In this document: positions 27,158 to 36,610 of the stretch, one piece after another
Layout: every line of letters begins with the position of its first letter
Numbering within the stretch: the first letter of the stretch is position 1
Virus record (IMG/VR): IMGVR_UViG_3300003322_000362
Length of the DNA stretch: 64,000 nt
From: an uncultured virus (IMG/VR IMGVR_UViG_3300003322_000362)
Lineage: Duplodnaviria > Heunggongvirae > Uroviricota > Caudoviricetes > Crassvirales
Direction: 5' to 3' (one strand)
Translations under genes and position numbers: made by a program
The notes under the pieces: generated by a model
Seen by the model: the letters and a program-made list of their open reading frames with translations, nothing else
Database searches by the model: none
Told to the model about the DNA's origin: nothing

Positions 27158-28369
27158 ATGCTTAATACAATTCAATCTATATTTCCATCTATAGGTAAAG
27201 CAGCAACTGGACCTATTGGAAATCTTGTTACTGAGACTTTTAGTAATGGATTAGGAGATTATAATATTCAAACAGTAGGAGGCGCTACCATAAGTATTAA
27301 TGCAGGAAAATTAAGATTAGCAGGAGGAGCTGGTTTATTTACTAGTTATGCAACTTTTGATAAAGTAGGATCACCTTTTAGATTTCATTGTTTTGAAAAA
27401 TGGAAGATGAAAGCTAAGTTTACTACTCCCACTTTAACAGGTACTACATATGGTTTTGGTTTAGGAGTTAGATCAACTGTTACTACTTCTGGATTCACAG
27501 CTTTAGATACTATGGTTAGATTGGCTATGGACTCTGGTTCTACTGTAGGAAGTTTATGGTTTTATAGTGCTTCTAATCATGCTGCAACTCCAAATACTGA
27601 TAATCAAGGAAGTTTTGCATTACAAAATGCAACAGTTTATTATTTTGAAGTGGAAAGAGTATATAATCAATTAATAGCAAGAATTAAATCAGCAGATGGA
27701 TTAACTACTCATCTTACAATTACTAAGACTTATAATATATCATCTATAACTTCTGTATGGTCACATAATGTAGGTCAATTTTGTATATGGAATTTTGGTG
27801 GAACAATAGATATTACAGAATTTACTATTGATACAGATACTCAGAAGAATATAGATGTTCTTTATTTAAGTGATAGTAATATACATGGTTTATATTGTGG
27901 CTCAAATGCAAATAGATTCTGTGCTCAAGCTTCTGTAGCTACCAATAAATCTTATGAAATATTAGCTGGTGTAGATCATGGTACATTTGAAACATTACAA
28001 TTAAAACCATTAATTGCATTTCTTAATCCTAAAATAGTTTATATTAATGATTTTAGTAATGATGTAGATCATTCTGTTTCTTTAGCGACAACTCAAGCTA
28101 ATCACGATGATTTAGTTACAACAATAAAATCGCAAGGAAGAAAAGTTATACATGCTAAACCTATCGCTAGAACATTAAATTTTTCAGGAGTTAATAATTA
28201 TTTAGATTCTACATATTCTAGTGATCAAATAGTTAATCATTATGATGATACAAGAGATTCAGGAACAGCATTAAGAACTGCTTATAATGGAGGGGATGGA
28301 ATACATATGAATTTAGCAGGTAATAATGCTGAAAAATTACCATTAATAACAGCTTTACAAAACGTATAA
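27158..28369 (+). CDS. Receptor-binding protein: beta-sandwich plus C-terminal SGNH esterase
   Basis: YLSDSNI, FSND and GDGIHMN motifs. Confidence 0.7.
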   Translation: MLNTIQSIFPSIGKAATGPIGNLVTETFSNGLGDYNIQTVGGATISINAGKLRLAGGAGLFTSYATFDKVGSPFRFHCFEKWKMKAKFTTPTLTGTTYGFGLGVRSTVTTSGFTALDTMVRLAMDSGSTVGSLWFYSASNHAATPNTDNQGSFALQNATVYYFEVERVYNQLIARIKSADGLTTHLTITKTYNISSITSVWSHNVGQFCIWNFGGTIDITEFTIDTDTQKNIDVLYLSDSNIHGLYCGSNANRFCAQASVATNKSYEILAGVDHGTFETLQLKPLIAFLNPKIVYINDFSNDVDHSVSLATTQANHDDLVTTIKSQGRKVIHAKPIARTLNFSGVNNYLDSTYSSDQIVNHYDDTRDSGTALRTAYNGGDGIHMNLAGNNAEKLPLITALQNV

Positions 28370-28380
28370 ATTATAAATAT

Positions 28381-30165
28381 ATGCATGGAATAAGTCTTGC
28401 AGGTATATTAAGTTCAAGAGCTAATACTCCAGATAGTGGAGGTGGAATTGCTGGGCAAAAGACTATAGAATTTGCAAATCCTAGTCCTACTCACAAAGTA
28501 TGGAGACATGGAGAAAATAAAACAGGTACAATAGCTTATCCATTAGGTTACACTTGTGCATGGCAAATATTAGATTATGAGTTAGGTATAATAGTTGTTA
28601 GTGGTACAGGACCATTAGTTAATTATACTTTTGCTTTTGCTCCTACTGGTGTAAAATCTTACGATTTAAGAGTTGTTGTATCTGGCCCTGCTACTTATGA
28701 AAGAAGATTTGCAGATGAATTTACTATATTACAACCTCTATTTACAGAAGCTCAAGCTAATTTAGTTGTTGATTTTAGTACTAATGGTGTAACTTATCGA
28801 GATAATAATTTAGTAGATAGACCTGATTATAAAGTATTTTGTAAAGGTAAATATAATGCAGCAAAAGCAGCTTCTGGATTTAACGCATATTTAGGTATAG
28901 AAGAATTCGTTTCTAGTAATCCTAATAAACCAGTTATTTGGCAAGCTGATCCAGTAAATGGATGTGAAATAAATAGTAATGCAGTTTACTGTTTAAGAGT
29001 AAATCAAAATTGCAAGAATTTTATAATGGATGGATGTACTAATGAATCTATCCAATATGGTTTCAAACTTACAATGCCTGGAACAGGAAATAGAGCACAA
29101 ATATTTTATGTAGAATCTAGTACTAATGCTGGATCTAATCCTTCTATTGCAGGAGCTAATATCACTCTTTGTGGTTTCTTTTTAGATGGGATGAATATTT
29201 CTAGTGCTGGTATTAAAGTAGATACAGCTAATTCAGGTCCTCCAGTATCTCCTAGTATATTTGGTAATGTTAGTTATGAATATTATATAGCTAATGGAGT
29301 ATCAGCATTCTTTAAACCACGTATTTTTAATTGCTATATCACTAGAACTAAAGATGAAGGAGTTTATTTTGGTTATGTAGATGATATACCACACAGTGGA
29401 TATTCTCATGCTCCTATTGTAGGAGCAAAGATGTATAGAATGCAGGCAGTAGATACTGGTGGAGATTCATTCCAAATGGGAGCAGCAATGTTCCAATCTG
29501 AAATGCATCATTGTACTGTAATAAATGGAGGTACAAGAGATGATCCCAATCATAGAAATGGTATTCAATTAAGTTCTGGAAATAGAGATTTTGCTGTGTA
29601 TTCTTGTAGAATATATGGAAGCAAAAATATGATGTCTATATTTTCTGGTAGAGGAGGCGGAGATATAGAAATATTTTCTAATATATTTGAAAATTATAAT
29701 ACAGCAGGACATACTAATATATTTAGTGTAATATATCCTAATGATTATAATGCTTTAATGAAATGGAGTATATTTAATAATACTTTTAGAGTAGCACAAA
29801 ATGTTGTTCTTGAAGTATGGAATTTAACTCTTACTCCTCCTGTAACTAATACTAGAGTTCAGTTAAATTGGGTAGATAATATTGTAGTATCTCCTGATAC
29901 AAGAGATTATTATACTATGAATAGTCCTAATCAAACTGATTGGTTAGTAGGGGCAAATTATCAAACTACAAATGTTAATGCTCCTTTATTTGTAGATCAG
30001 GCTAATGGTGATTATCACTTAGCTAGTTTATCTTCTCCTGCTTTTAGACCTACACATTCATTTTCTAAAGCACATAGAATGGCAGGATATGATTATGAAG
30101 GTGTTAAATATCCTACTGGTGTAGCAGGTGCTTTTAGTGGTTATGAATTAATGATGAATCCTTAA
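28381..30165 (+). CDS. Right-handed beta-helix (pectin-lyase-like) depolymerase/tailspike
   Basis: Repeating beta-helix rungs (DEGVYFG, GDSFQMG, NGIQLSSG, IFSNIF, IFNNTF) and C-terminal GDYHLASLSSPA. Confidence 0.7.
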   Translation: MHGISLAGILSSRANTPDSGGGIAGQKTIEFANPSPTHKVWRHGENKTGTIAYPLGYTCAWQILDYELGIIVVSGTGPLVNYTFAFAPTGVKSYDLRVVVSGPATYERRFADEFTILQPLFTEAQANLVVDFSTNGVTYRDNNLVDRPDYKVFCKGKYNAAKAASGFNAYLGIEEFVSSNPNKPVIWQADPVNGCEINSNAVYCLRVNQNCKNFIMDGCTNESIQYGFKLTMPGTGNRAQIFYVESSTNAGSNPSIAGANITLCGFFLDGMNISSAGIKVDTANSGPPVSPSIFGNVSYEYYIANGVSAFFKPRIFNCYITRTKDEGVYFGYVDDIPHSGYSHAPIVGAKMYRMQAVDTGGDSFQMGAAMFQSEMHHCTVINGGTRDDPNHRNGIQLSSGNRDFAVYSCRIYGSKNMMSIFSGRGGGDIEIFSNIFENYNTAGHTNIFSVIYPNDYNALMKWSIFNNTFRVAQNVVLEVWNLTLTPPVTNTRVQLNWVDNIVVSPDTRDYYTMNSPNQTDWLVGANYQTTNVNAPLFVDQANGDYHLASLSSPAFRPTHSFSKAHRMAGYDYEGVKYPTGVAGAFSGYELMMNP

Positions 30166-30176
30166 ACAAAAATAAT

Positions 30177-30554
30177 ATGCCACAAGTTCAATTTCCTATT
30201 ACAACAACAATAACTGGTATGATTAATATACCAGATCCAGTGATTCCTACACCTGATCCAAGTATTCAGTTTGCACCTAATCCAATATCTGATAATTATA
30301 CTTTTAAACAAGAAGATAATGGATTAATGTTTATATATATTGGAACTAAGGATTCTATTTTTACTATCCCAAAATCTTTATCCAAAGGATGGAATGCAGC
30401 AGTTTATAGAAAAGATAAAACAGGAAATGTAAAATTTGCATCTGGAGGACAACTTGAAGGAGAGAGCGATACTCTTAAAAGAGTTAAAACAGCAGCTACA
30501 ATTATTCATTTTGGTAATGATTTGCATGTTATTTTAGGAGCTGTAGGCTCTTAA
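30177..30554 (+). CDS. Stand-alone fibre adaptor-like domain protein
   Basis: YTFKQEDNG...TIPKSLSKGW...AATIIHFGNDLHVILGAV, homologous to 23423-23671 and 32506-32883. Confidence 0.65.
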   Translation: MPQVQFPITTTITGMINIPDPVIPTPDPSIQFAPNPISDNYTFKQEDNGLMFIYIGTKDSIFTIPKSLSKGWNAAVYRKDKTGNVKFASGGQLEGESDTLKRVKTAATIIHFGNDLHVILGAVGS

Positions 30555-30563
30555 TCTAATAAC

Positions 30564-30592
30564 TTGACAATTAAGATAATATTATATATATT
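30564..30592 (+). promoter_or_regulatory. Putative promoter TTGACA-N17-TATATT
   Basis: Intergenic, matches the sites at 7295 and 7932. Confidence 0.5.
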
Positions 30593-30629
30593 ATAAGAAT
30601 CATTAATTATTTAACCACAAAAATACGTT

Positions 30630-30995
30630 ATGAAATACAATCAAGTTATTATTCTTAATACAAATCTTGGTATGCTTAAAAATGAAGGCTTAACTGTAGA
30701 TTCTCTTAAAAATATGTTAAAAGTTAAGAAAGCAATTAAAGAGTATATTGAAAAGATACAAGAAGTTCAGTTAGCAATTATGGATAAATTTGGAGTAAAA
30801 GAAGGAAATGGAGGTTATGATTTTAAAGGTCATGAAAAAGAAAAGGAAATAAGTGATGATATTAAAAAAAGTACTGAAGAAGAATTTGAACTTCCAGTAA
30901 AAAAATTCTTTACTTTACAAGAATTAACTGTATCAGCTAAAAGTCTTGATACAAATGTATTAGCTAATATTGAAGAACTTATTAATTACGAATAA
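30630..30995 (+). CDS. Helical tail-associated protein (DUF1617-like)
   Basis: Coiled helical pattern common beside phage fibre genes; family recalled from memory. Confidence 0.45.
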   Translation: MKYNQVIILNTNLGMLKNEGLTVDSLKNMLKVKKAIKEYIEKIQEVQLAIMDKFGVKEGNGGYDFKGHEKEKEISDDIKKSTEEEFELPVKKFFTLQELTVSAKSLDTNVLANIEELINYE

Positions 30996-30997
30996 TA

Positions 30998-32494
30998 ATG
31001 TGTTGTGGACAAACTATATTAGAGAAAGTTAAATTAGTAGCTTCTTTAGAAGATATTACTGTTAATAATGCTTTAACATTATTGAATAGTTATCTTCAAT
31101 TTGGTGGTCCACTAGTACAGAATACTGAAGTTACAGAAGCATATAAATTATCTTTTGGAATTATTGGTAATAGATTAAAGGAATTTAATGCAAATGTAAA
31201 TCAAAAAGTAGAACTAAGTTTTTCTGATGAAATAATTAGTGCTAATCTTCTTATTAATAATAATGGATTCTTATTAAACGATTCTACAACAACTCCAAAA
31301 GGTTTAGTAGGAGCAGCAGATTATAGTGCTAATTACACAAATAATACATATGTACAAAAATTATATGTAGATTCTCATTTAGTTGGAAAACAAATTTCTA
31401 CTATTTTGCAAAACCCCACTGATACTCAAAATGGATATACTGTTAGTTGGGATCAACCGAATCAAAAATTTACTCTTACTCCTGGTGCGCAAATTAGTGC
31501 AGGAGCAGATACTCAAATTATTTATAATAGTGGAGGTACTCTTGTGGGTAATAATAATCTTATTTTTGCTAGTAATATATTAAGTGCTCCTAATATAAAT
31601 TTAGGTATATCTGCTTTATCTGGTACTTTAAGAGAAATTAAAGTAATATCATCTGATGTAGATGTTGCATTAAGTCTCAAAACAAAAGGAGCAGGTAATT
31701 TAAACCTTAGTATCTTTAGTGGATCTATCAAATTAGGAGATACTACTTCTAGTAATACTAATCAAATACTTACAGCTACAGGATCAAATGGACAAATAGA
31801 TATTTCTTTAGAACCAAAAGGTACTGAAGGTGTAATTTATATTGGTAATATAAATGAAGCAGGAGGAAATAGATATTCTACAGTAAGAGGTTCAGCCACG
31901 AATATTTCTTATGTCCTTTCTGGAAAAGGGACTGGAAATATAATTTCCAATGCTTCTATATTACAATTAGGTTTATCTACTTTAACTGGTGCTAGAAGAT
32001 ACATTTTAGCTAAAGGTTCTTCTGGTACAATTGATATTATAATTGGAGGACAAGATACAGGATCAGTAGTATATATTGGTTCTGATGATGATAATGCAAG
32101 TAGTAGATTTCTTAGACCTAATAGCTCTTCTGCAAATATTAATTTTTTAATTGATGCTAAAGGTACTGGAAAAGTATTTGTAAATGGATTTGCTAATTGG
32201 AAGAAAATTGCAATCGGTGATTGGAATATGGATACTACTGCATTTATTCCTATTCCACATGGATTAGGAAGTAAAGCAAAAATAGGTGTAGTATACGCTG
32301 TAATAATTTCTGATGGAGGTTTTTATTATCCTATTAATACAACAATTAGTACAGTTGCAGCAGCAGGAAGTGTACAAGAAATTACTGATACTGATATAAT
32401 TTTAGGAAGAATTCCAGGAGGATCATTTGACTCAACCTCATTTGATTCTACAGGATTTAATAGAGGTTATGTATATATAAGTTATGAGCCTTAA
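30998..32494 (+). CDS. Second tail fibre, paralogous to 22067-25609
   Basis: GAADYSANYTNNTYVQKLYVD...QNGYTVSWDQ matches GAGDYSANLQANDYTQKVYVD...QNGYAIIWDQ; repeated KG(T/A)G modules. Confidence 0.75.
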   Translation: MCCGQTILEKVKLVASLEDITVNNALTLLNSYLQFGGPLVQNTEVTEAYKLSFGIIGNRLKEFNANVNQKVELSFSDEIISANLLINNNGFLLNDSTTTPKGLVGAADYSANYTNNTYVQKLYVDSHLVGKQISTILQNPTDTQNGYTVSWDQPNQKFTLTPGAQISAGADTQIIYNSGGTLVGNNNLIFASNILSAPNINLGISALSGTLREIKVISSDVDVALSLKTKGAGNLNLSIFSGSIKLGDTTSSNTNQILTATGSNGQIDISLEPKGTEGVIYIGNINEAGGNRYSTVRGSATNISYVLSGKGTGNIISNASILQLGLSTLTGARRYILAKGSSGTIDIIIGGQDTGSVVYIGSDDDNASSRFLRPNSSSANINFLIDAKGTGKVFVNGFANWKKIAIGDWNMDTTAFIPIPHGLGSKAKIGVVYAVIISDGGFYYPINTTISTVAAAGSVQEITDTDIILGRIPGGSFDSTSFDSTGFNRGYVYISYEP

Positions 32495-32505
32495 ATAAAA
32501 AATAT

Positions 32506-32883
32506 ATGAGATTAATTCAAAGAACAGCAGATATTTTACAAGAAATAATTAGAACTAAATTATTAGATGGTAATGCTAATAAATTAGTTCAACAATTTCT
32601 ACAAAATATTAGTAGTTATGCACTTCCTAGAGACGTTGGATCAGCAACTTATGAAATAAAGAATGATGATTTTGGACATACTTTATTCTTTCAAGCTGCT
32701 TGCACTATTACATTTGCAGCAGATTTAGATAATGCTTTTCAATGTGCAATTGTAAAAGCTGGTACAGGAGATTTAACATTTAGTGGTACAACTGGTAAAG
32801 GTACGATTATAGCTACTCAATATGATCCTGCTACTGCTATTAAACATGGAGGTAAAGTATATATATTTGGTAATTTAACTTGA
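32506..32883 (+). CDS. Adaptor-like domain protein with helical N-terminus
   Basis: YEIKNDDFG...AACT...ATAIKHGGKVYIFGNLT, homologous to the 30177 domain. Confidence 0.65.
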   Translation: MRLIQRTADILQEIIRTKLLDGNANKLVQQFLQNISSYALPRDVGSATYEIKNDDFGHTLFFQAACTITFAADLDNAFQCAIVKAGTGDLTFSGTTGKGTIIATQYDPATAIKHGGKVYIFGNLT

Positions 32884-32889
32884 TTTTAT

Positions 32890-33072
32890 ATGTTATACAA
32901 TCCAATACTTAGAATTATTACTGCTTTAATTCTTAATTTATTATTAATTAGTCCTATATTACCAGATTATTCTCAGTATTATAATGATAATATTGTTAAA
33001 ATAGTTATTATTTTGATAGCTATTATTAATTTTGGATTAACTATTTATAAAGTAATTACTGAAAAAAGATGA
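32890..33072 (+). CDS. Small two-TM membrane protein
   Basis: Two hydrophobic segments. Confidence 0.6.
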   Translation: MLYNPILRIITALILNLLLISPILPDYSQYYNDNIVKIVIILIAIINFGLTIYKVITEKR

Positions 33073-33560
33073 TATACATATTTATTATAGCATTTTTATT
33101 CCTAATCTGGAATATACTTAATGAAGTTGCAGTAAATCAATATATGCAAACTGAAGACAAGAAATATTTAAATCAATGGCATACTTATGATGCTATATTT
33201 AGAGTAATATTATTTCCATTAATTACTATAGCTGTAGGAGATTTTAATATTACAACAGTTAAAATACTTCTTACTATATTTATTCTATATAGACCTTTAT
33301 TTAATATAGGATTCAATATTTGGAGAGTTAAGGTTAAAAAAGAGAAGTTAACATTTGCTAAAATATTTTATCTATCTGAATATTCTAAGATAGATAATTT
33401 AATTATAAAATTTAGTGAATGGTTAAATAAGATATTAAATAAAATTGCTAATAAAATTAATAAGAAAATTAAAATTAATATTTCTTATACCATTATTAAT
33501 TTAATTATTTGTGTTATAGAAATAACATTATCAATACTATTATGGCAACTCAACCTTTAG
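33069..33560 (+). CDS. Multi-pass membrane protein
   Basis: About four hydrophobic segments, adjacent to the lysis genes. Confidence 0.65.
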   Translation: MIYIFIIAFLFLIWNILNEVAVNQYMQTEDKKYLNQWHTYDAIFRVILFPLITIAVGDFNITTVKILLTIFILYRPLFNIGFNIWRVKVKKEKLTFAKIFYLSEYSKIDNLIIKFSEWLNKILNKIANKINKKIKINISYTIINLIICVIEITLSILLWQLNL

Positions 33561-34030
33561 AATTAGAGTTAAGAAGATTTAGTGAAACAGATAACGATAC
33601 AATAGGATGGTTATTTGACGAACATAAACTTCATCTTTGTAATACAATGGAAGATGAAGGAAGAGAAATTAAAGTTCCTCATGAAACTAGAATACCTGCT
33701 GGCAGGTATAAATTAGGTATTCAGGAAACTATAACTCCTATGACACAAAGGTATTTAAATGACACTAGATTAAAACCTTGGTTTAAAAAACATATTGAAG
33801 TTAAGAATGTTCCAGGATTTATAGGAATATATATTCACATAGGAAACACAGAAAAAGATACCGATGGTTGTATATTATTAGGTATATGGAGAGATAGTAG
33901 TGTGAGAAAAATAGAACAATCCGTTATTAATTATAGAAATTTTTATCTTAGATATTACCCTTTGTTGGCTGCTGGAGTAGAAATCTATCTCACAATAACT
34001 GATCCTGTAAAAAATGAACATAGTAGCTGA
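33542..34030 (+). CDS. Putative endolysin, DUF5675-like
   Basis: TIG...TMED...TRIPAGRY...NVPGFIGIYIHIGNTEKDTDGCILLG; likely start ATG 33542. Confidence 0.75.
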   Translation: MATQPLELELRRFSETDNDTIGWLFDEHKLHLCNTMEDEGREIKVPHETRIPAGRYKLGIQETITPMTQRYLNDTRLKPWFKKHIEVKNVPGFIGIYIHIGNTEKDTDGCILLGIWRDSSVRKIEQSVINYRNFYLRYYPLLAAGVEIYLTITDPVKNEHSS

Positions 34031-34406
34031 GTATGGAACACTTATATTCTCTGCGCTTAGTGTTCTAGCTTGGATAGTAACTCAATTCAATACTATTAAA
34101 ATTCTACAAGATAAAGTAGATAAGCATGAAAGAAGTGTTGAAGAATTACAAAAAGATTTTGAATTGGAAATTCTTCGTTTAAGAGAAGAATTTAATAATG
34201 ATATTAAGACATTGGAAATCAAGATGACAAGTCTTAGTGAAAAAGGTAATAGAGATGTACTTGAGTTTACTCAAATATTAGGAAAGATTAATGTTACATT
34301 AGCTAAATTTGAGACAACAATGACTAATATAAATGAGAATCTTAATATGTTACGTCAAACAATGATTACTCATGATAATGAAATTAGACAGTTAGCTAAA
34401 AAATAA
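34014..34406 (+). CDS. N-terminal TM plus coiled-coil protein (lysis cassette)
   Basis: One TM helix followed by heptad repeats. Confidence 0.55.
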   Translation: MNIVAEYGTLIFSALSVLAWIVTQFNTIKILQDKVDKHERSVEELQKDFELEILRLREEFNNDIKTLEIKMTSLSEKGNRDVLEFTQILGKINVTLAKFETTMTNINENLNMLRQTMITHDNEIRQLAKK

Positions 34407-34407
34407 T

Positions 34408-34800
34408 ATGGAAAAGAATTCTATAAATTATGTATTAATAGGTTTAGGAATAGTATTAGCTCTATTACTTACTTTTAATTATAATAAATTAAAAAAAGGT
34501 TTTCTACATATTTTTGGAGGGGATATAGATAAAGTAGAGTTTGGAGGCTTAGTATTTCTTTTTATGTTCATATGGATGATATATAAAGAAGGTACAAGAG
34601 ATCATGATTGGCAATATTTTAGTGATACATATATTTTATTTGTATCTGGAGCAGCAGTTACAGGACTTGGAATGAATAAAGTAATTGAAGCATTTAAACA
34701 AATGAGAGGTGTAGATACTACTGAAACAAAAATAGAAACAAAAATTACCAAAACAAATACAGATACAAATAAAGATGAATCTTCAGAAGCACCTAAATAA
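34408..34800 (+). CDS. Putative holin
   Basis: Three TM segments and a charged C-terminal tail, next to the endolysin. Confidence 0.55.
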   Translation: MEKNSINYVLIGLGIVLALLLTFNYNKLKKGFLHIFGGDIDKVEFGGLVFLFMFIWMIYKEGTRDHDWQYFSDTYILFVSGAAVTGLGMNKVIEAFKQMRGVDTTETKIETKITKTNTDTNKDESSEAPK

Positions 34801-35485
34801 AATATTAGTAATATTAGGATTTATTATAACTTTACTTATTGTAGGTATTATATTCTCATGGAAAAAGGTACAAAGTTCACAAGAGAATGTATCCCTTATC
34901 CAGAAAGAGAATCAATCTCTTTCTTCTGATATTAAGATATTAAAAGAAAGTCTTCAATTATCTAATGAAGTTAGAAAACAAGAAAACAAAGTTAAAGATA
35001 GTTTAAATAAAGAAGTAAGTAAGTTTACTAAAATTATAGATAATAAGAATAAGGAATTAGCTTCTATTAAAGGTAAATATAATAAATTAGATAATGATAC
35101 TCTTGTAGATATTGCAATTAATACTTATGAACATGTAAATGACACTACAATTAGTAGAATTACTAATATTGTAACTACTCCCCGATCTCTTATAGAATGG
35201 GGATTAGAAAATAATGATAAAATAGATATTCTTAAAAATATTTTAACTTATAAAGATAGTACAATTTTAGCTAAAGATTCTAGAATTAAATCTGATTCTA
35301 GTACTATTAATAGTTATAAACAAGACAGTGTAACTACAAAAATTATTATTAGTAAACAAGATAAAATAATTAGTAATGATAGTAGTATTGTGAAAGGAAA
35401 AGATCAAGAAATTAAAGCTGTTAAAACACAAAGAAATGTAAGTATAGGAGTAGCTCTAATTATATTAGCTTTATCACTATTATGA
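34775..35485 (+). CDS. Spanin-like protein
   Basis: N-terminal TM, long coiled coil, C-terminal hydrophobic helix. Confidence 0.5.
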   Translation: MNLQKHLNKILVILGFIITLLIVGIIFSWKKVQSSQENVSLIQKENQSLSSDIKILKESLQLSNEVRKQENKVKDSLNKEVSKFTKIIDNKNKELASIKGKYNKLDNDTLVDIAINTYEHVNDTTISRITNIVTTPRSLIEWGLENNDKIDILKNILTYKDSTILAKDSRIKSDSSTINSYKQDSVTTKIIISKQDKIISNDSSIVKGKDQEIKAVKTQRNVSIGVALIILALSLL

Positions 35486-36126
35486 TATTTGATGATTTAG
35501 ATATTATTGCAGCGGAAATAGCTGGAACCAATGGGAAGGATTTTGACTATGCTTTTAAGGAAATGGTCAAATCAATGGCTATTGGTTATAGAGCTACTTT
35601 ACTTAAACAAGAATTTGATAAACTTGGTAAATTTCCTAGTAGTAGTGAAGCTACATTTACTGTTTCTACTACAGAAGTTCCTGCTACAGAATGTCTCAGT
35701 GAAGATGTTAAATGTACAGTAACAAGAAGTAAATATAAGATTCCTAAACCTATTAGAACAAATATAAGTTCTGTTCCTTTTAGATTTGTTGGTACAGCTA
35801 ATCAAGCTGTATCTTTTATATTTGTTAAACCAGAAGAAGTAGATTTAATAATTTGCGGCACTAGATTTATTAAGAATGATGTTTTATATTCTTATATAAA
35901 CGGATATATCTATACTTATAATCACGATGGTGGTAAAATAACAATTAGAGATCCTTTTGCTGATCCTAGAGAACTTAGTAATATTTCAGATTGTGATGGA
36001 AATACTTGTGATCAATTTATATCTATTGATCAAGATATGAAGAAGACTATAAAGATGATGATTATTGAGGAATTAAGATTATTTCCTAAACCAGAGGATA
36101 AACAAATTAAGATAAATGAGGAATAG
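35482..36126 (+). CDS. Tail ring protein
   Basis: YRATLLKQ...RSKYKIPKPI...YSYINGYIY...FADP pattern of crAss ring proteins. Confidence 0.6.
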   Translation: MIFDDLDIIAAEIAGTNGKDFDYAFKEMVKSMAIGYRATLLKQEFDKLGKFPSSSEATFTVSTTEVPATECLSEDVKCTVTRSKYKIPKPIRTNISSVPFRFVGTANQAVSFIFVKPEEVDLIICGTRFIKNDVLYSYINGYIYTYNHDGGKITIRDPFADPRELSNISDCDGNTCDQFISIDQDMKKTIKMMIIEELRLFPKPEDKQIKINEE

Positions 36127-36610
36127 TAATCAAATTAATACTAAGGCTATATTTAAACATGCTATAGAGAATAAATTACTTCCAGAAGATACTGATTATG
36201 TTACCTTCTATAATGTAGTAAGAGAATTTCATAAAGAAATAGCCATTAAAATAATGAATGGTTATGAATTTAAACCAGGATATTTACTTGGTAATTTTCA
36301 TATAGTAAAAGATTTAAGAAAAGGTAAAACAATTAATTGGGGAGCTTCTAATAAAAGGAAACAAGAATTAATTGATCAAGGTATTACTCCTTTTAATAAA
36401 GCAACAGCTCCTAATGGTGTAGAGTGGTTTATATATTATACTGATAATAAATATTATAGATGGAGATGGCTTAAAGATATTAGAAAGAATTTTACTAAGA
36501 GAATGAAATACTATATGTTCTCAGCAGCAGCTAATAATAGAAAAGCTCTTGGTAAAATAGTTAAAGCAAATCAAGATATAATATTAGAAAACTATGTCAC
36601 ATATAAATAA
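36116..36610 (+). CDS. HU/IHF-like protein of the crAss tail block
   Basis: FYNVVREFHKEIAIKIMNGYEF..GYLLGNFHIVK...INWGAS. Confidence 0.6.
   Translation: MRNSNQINTKAIFKHAIENKLLPEDTDYVTFYNVVREFHKEIAIKIMNGYEFKPGYLLGNFHIVKDLRKGKTINWGASNKRKQELIDQGITPFNKATAPNGVEWFIYYTDNKYYRWRWLKDIRKNFTKRMKYYMFSAAANNRKALGKIVKANQDIILENYVTYK

Noticed and set aside
19840..32494. Diversity-generating retroelement or invertible fibre cassette
   Set aside because: No reverse transcriptase or recombinase, and no near-identical TR/VR DNA pair; repeats are diverged at DNA level
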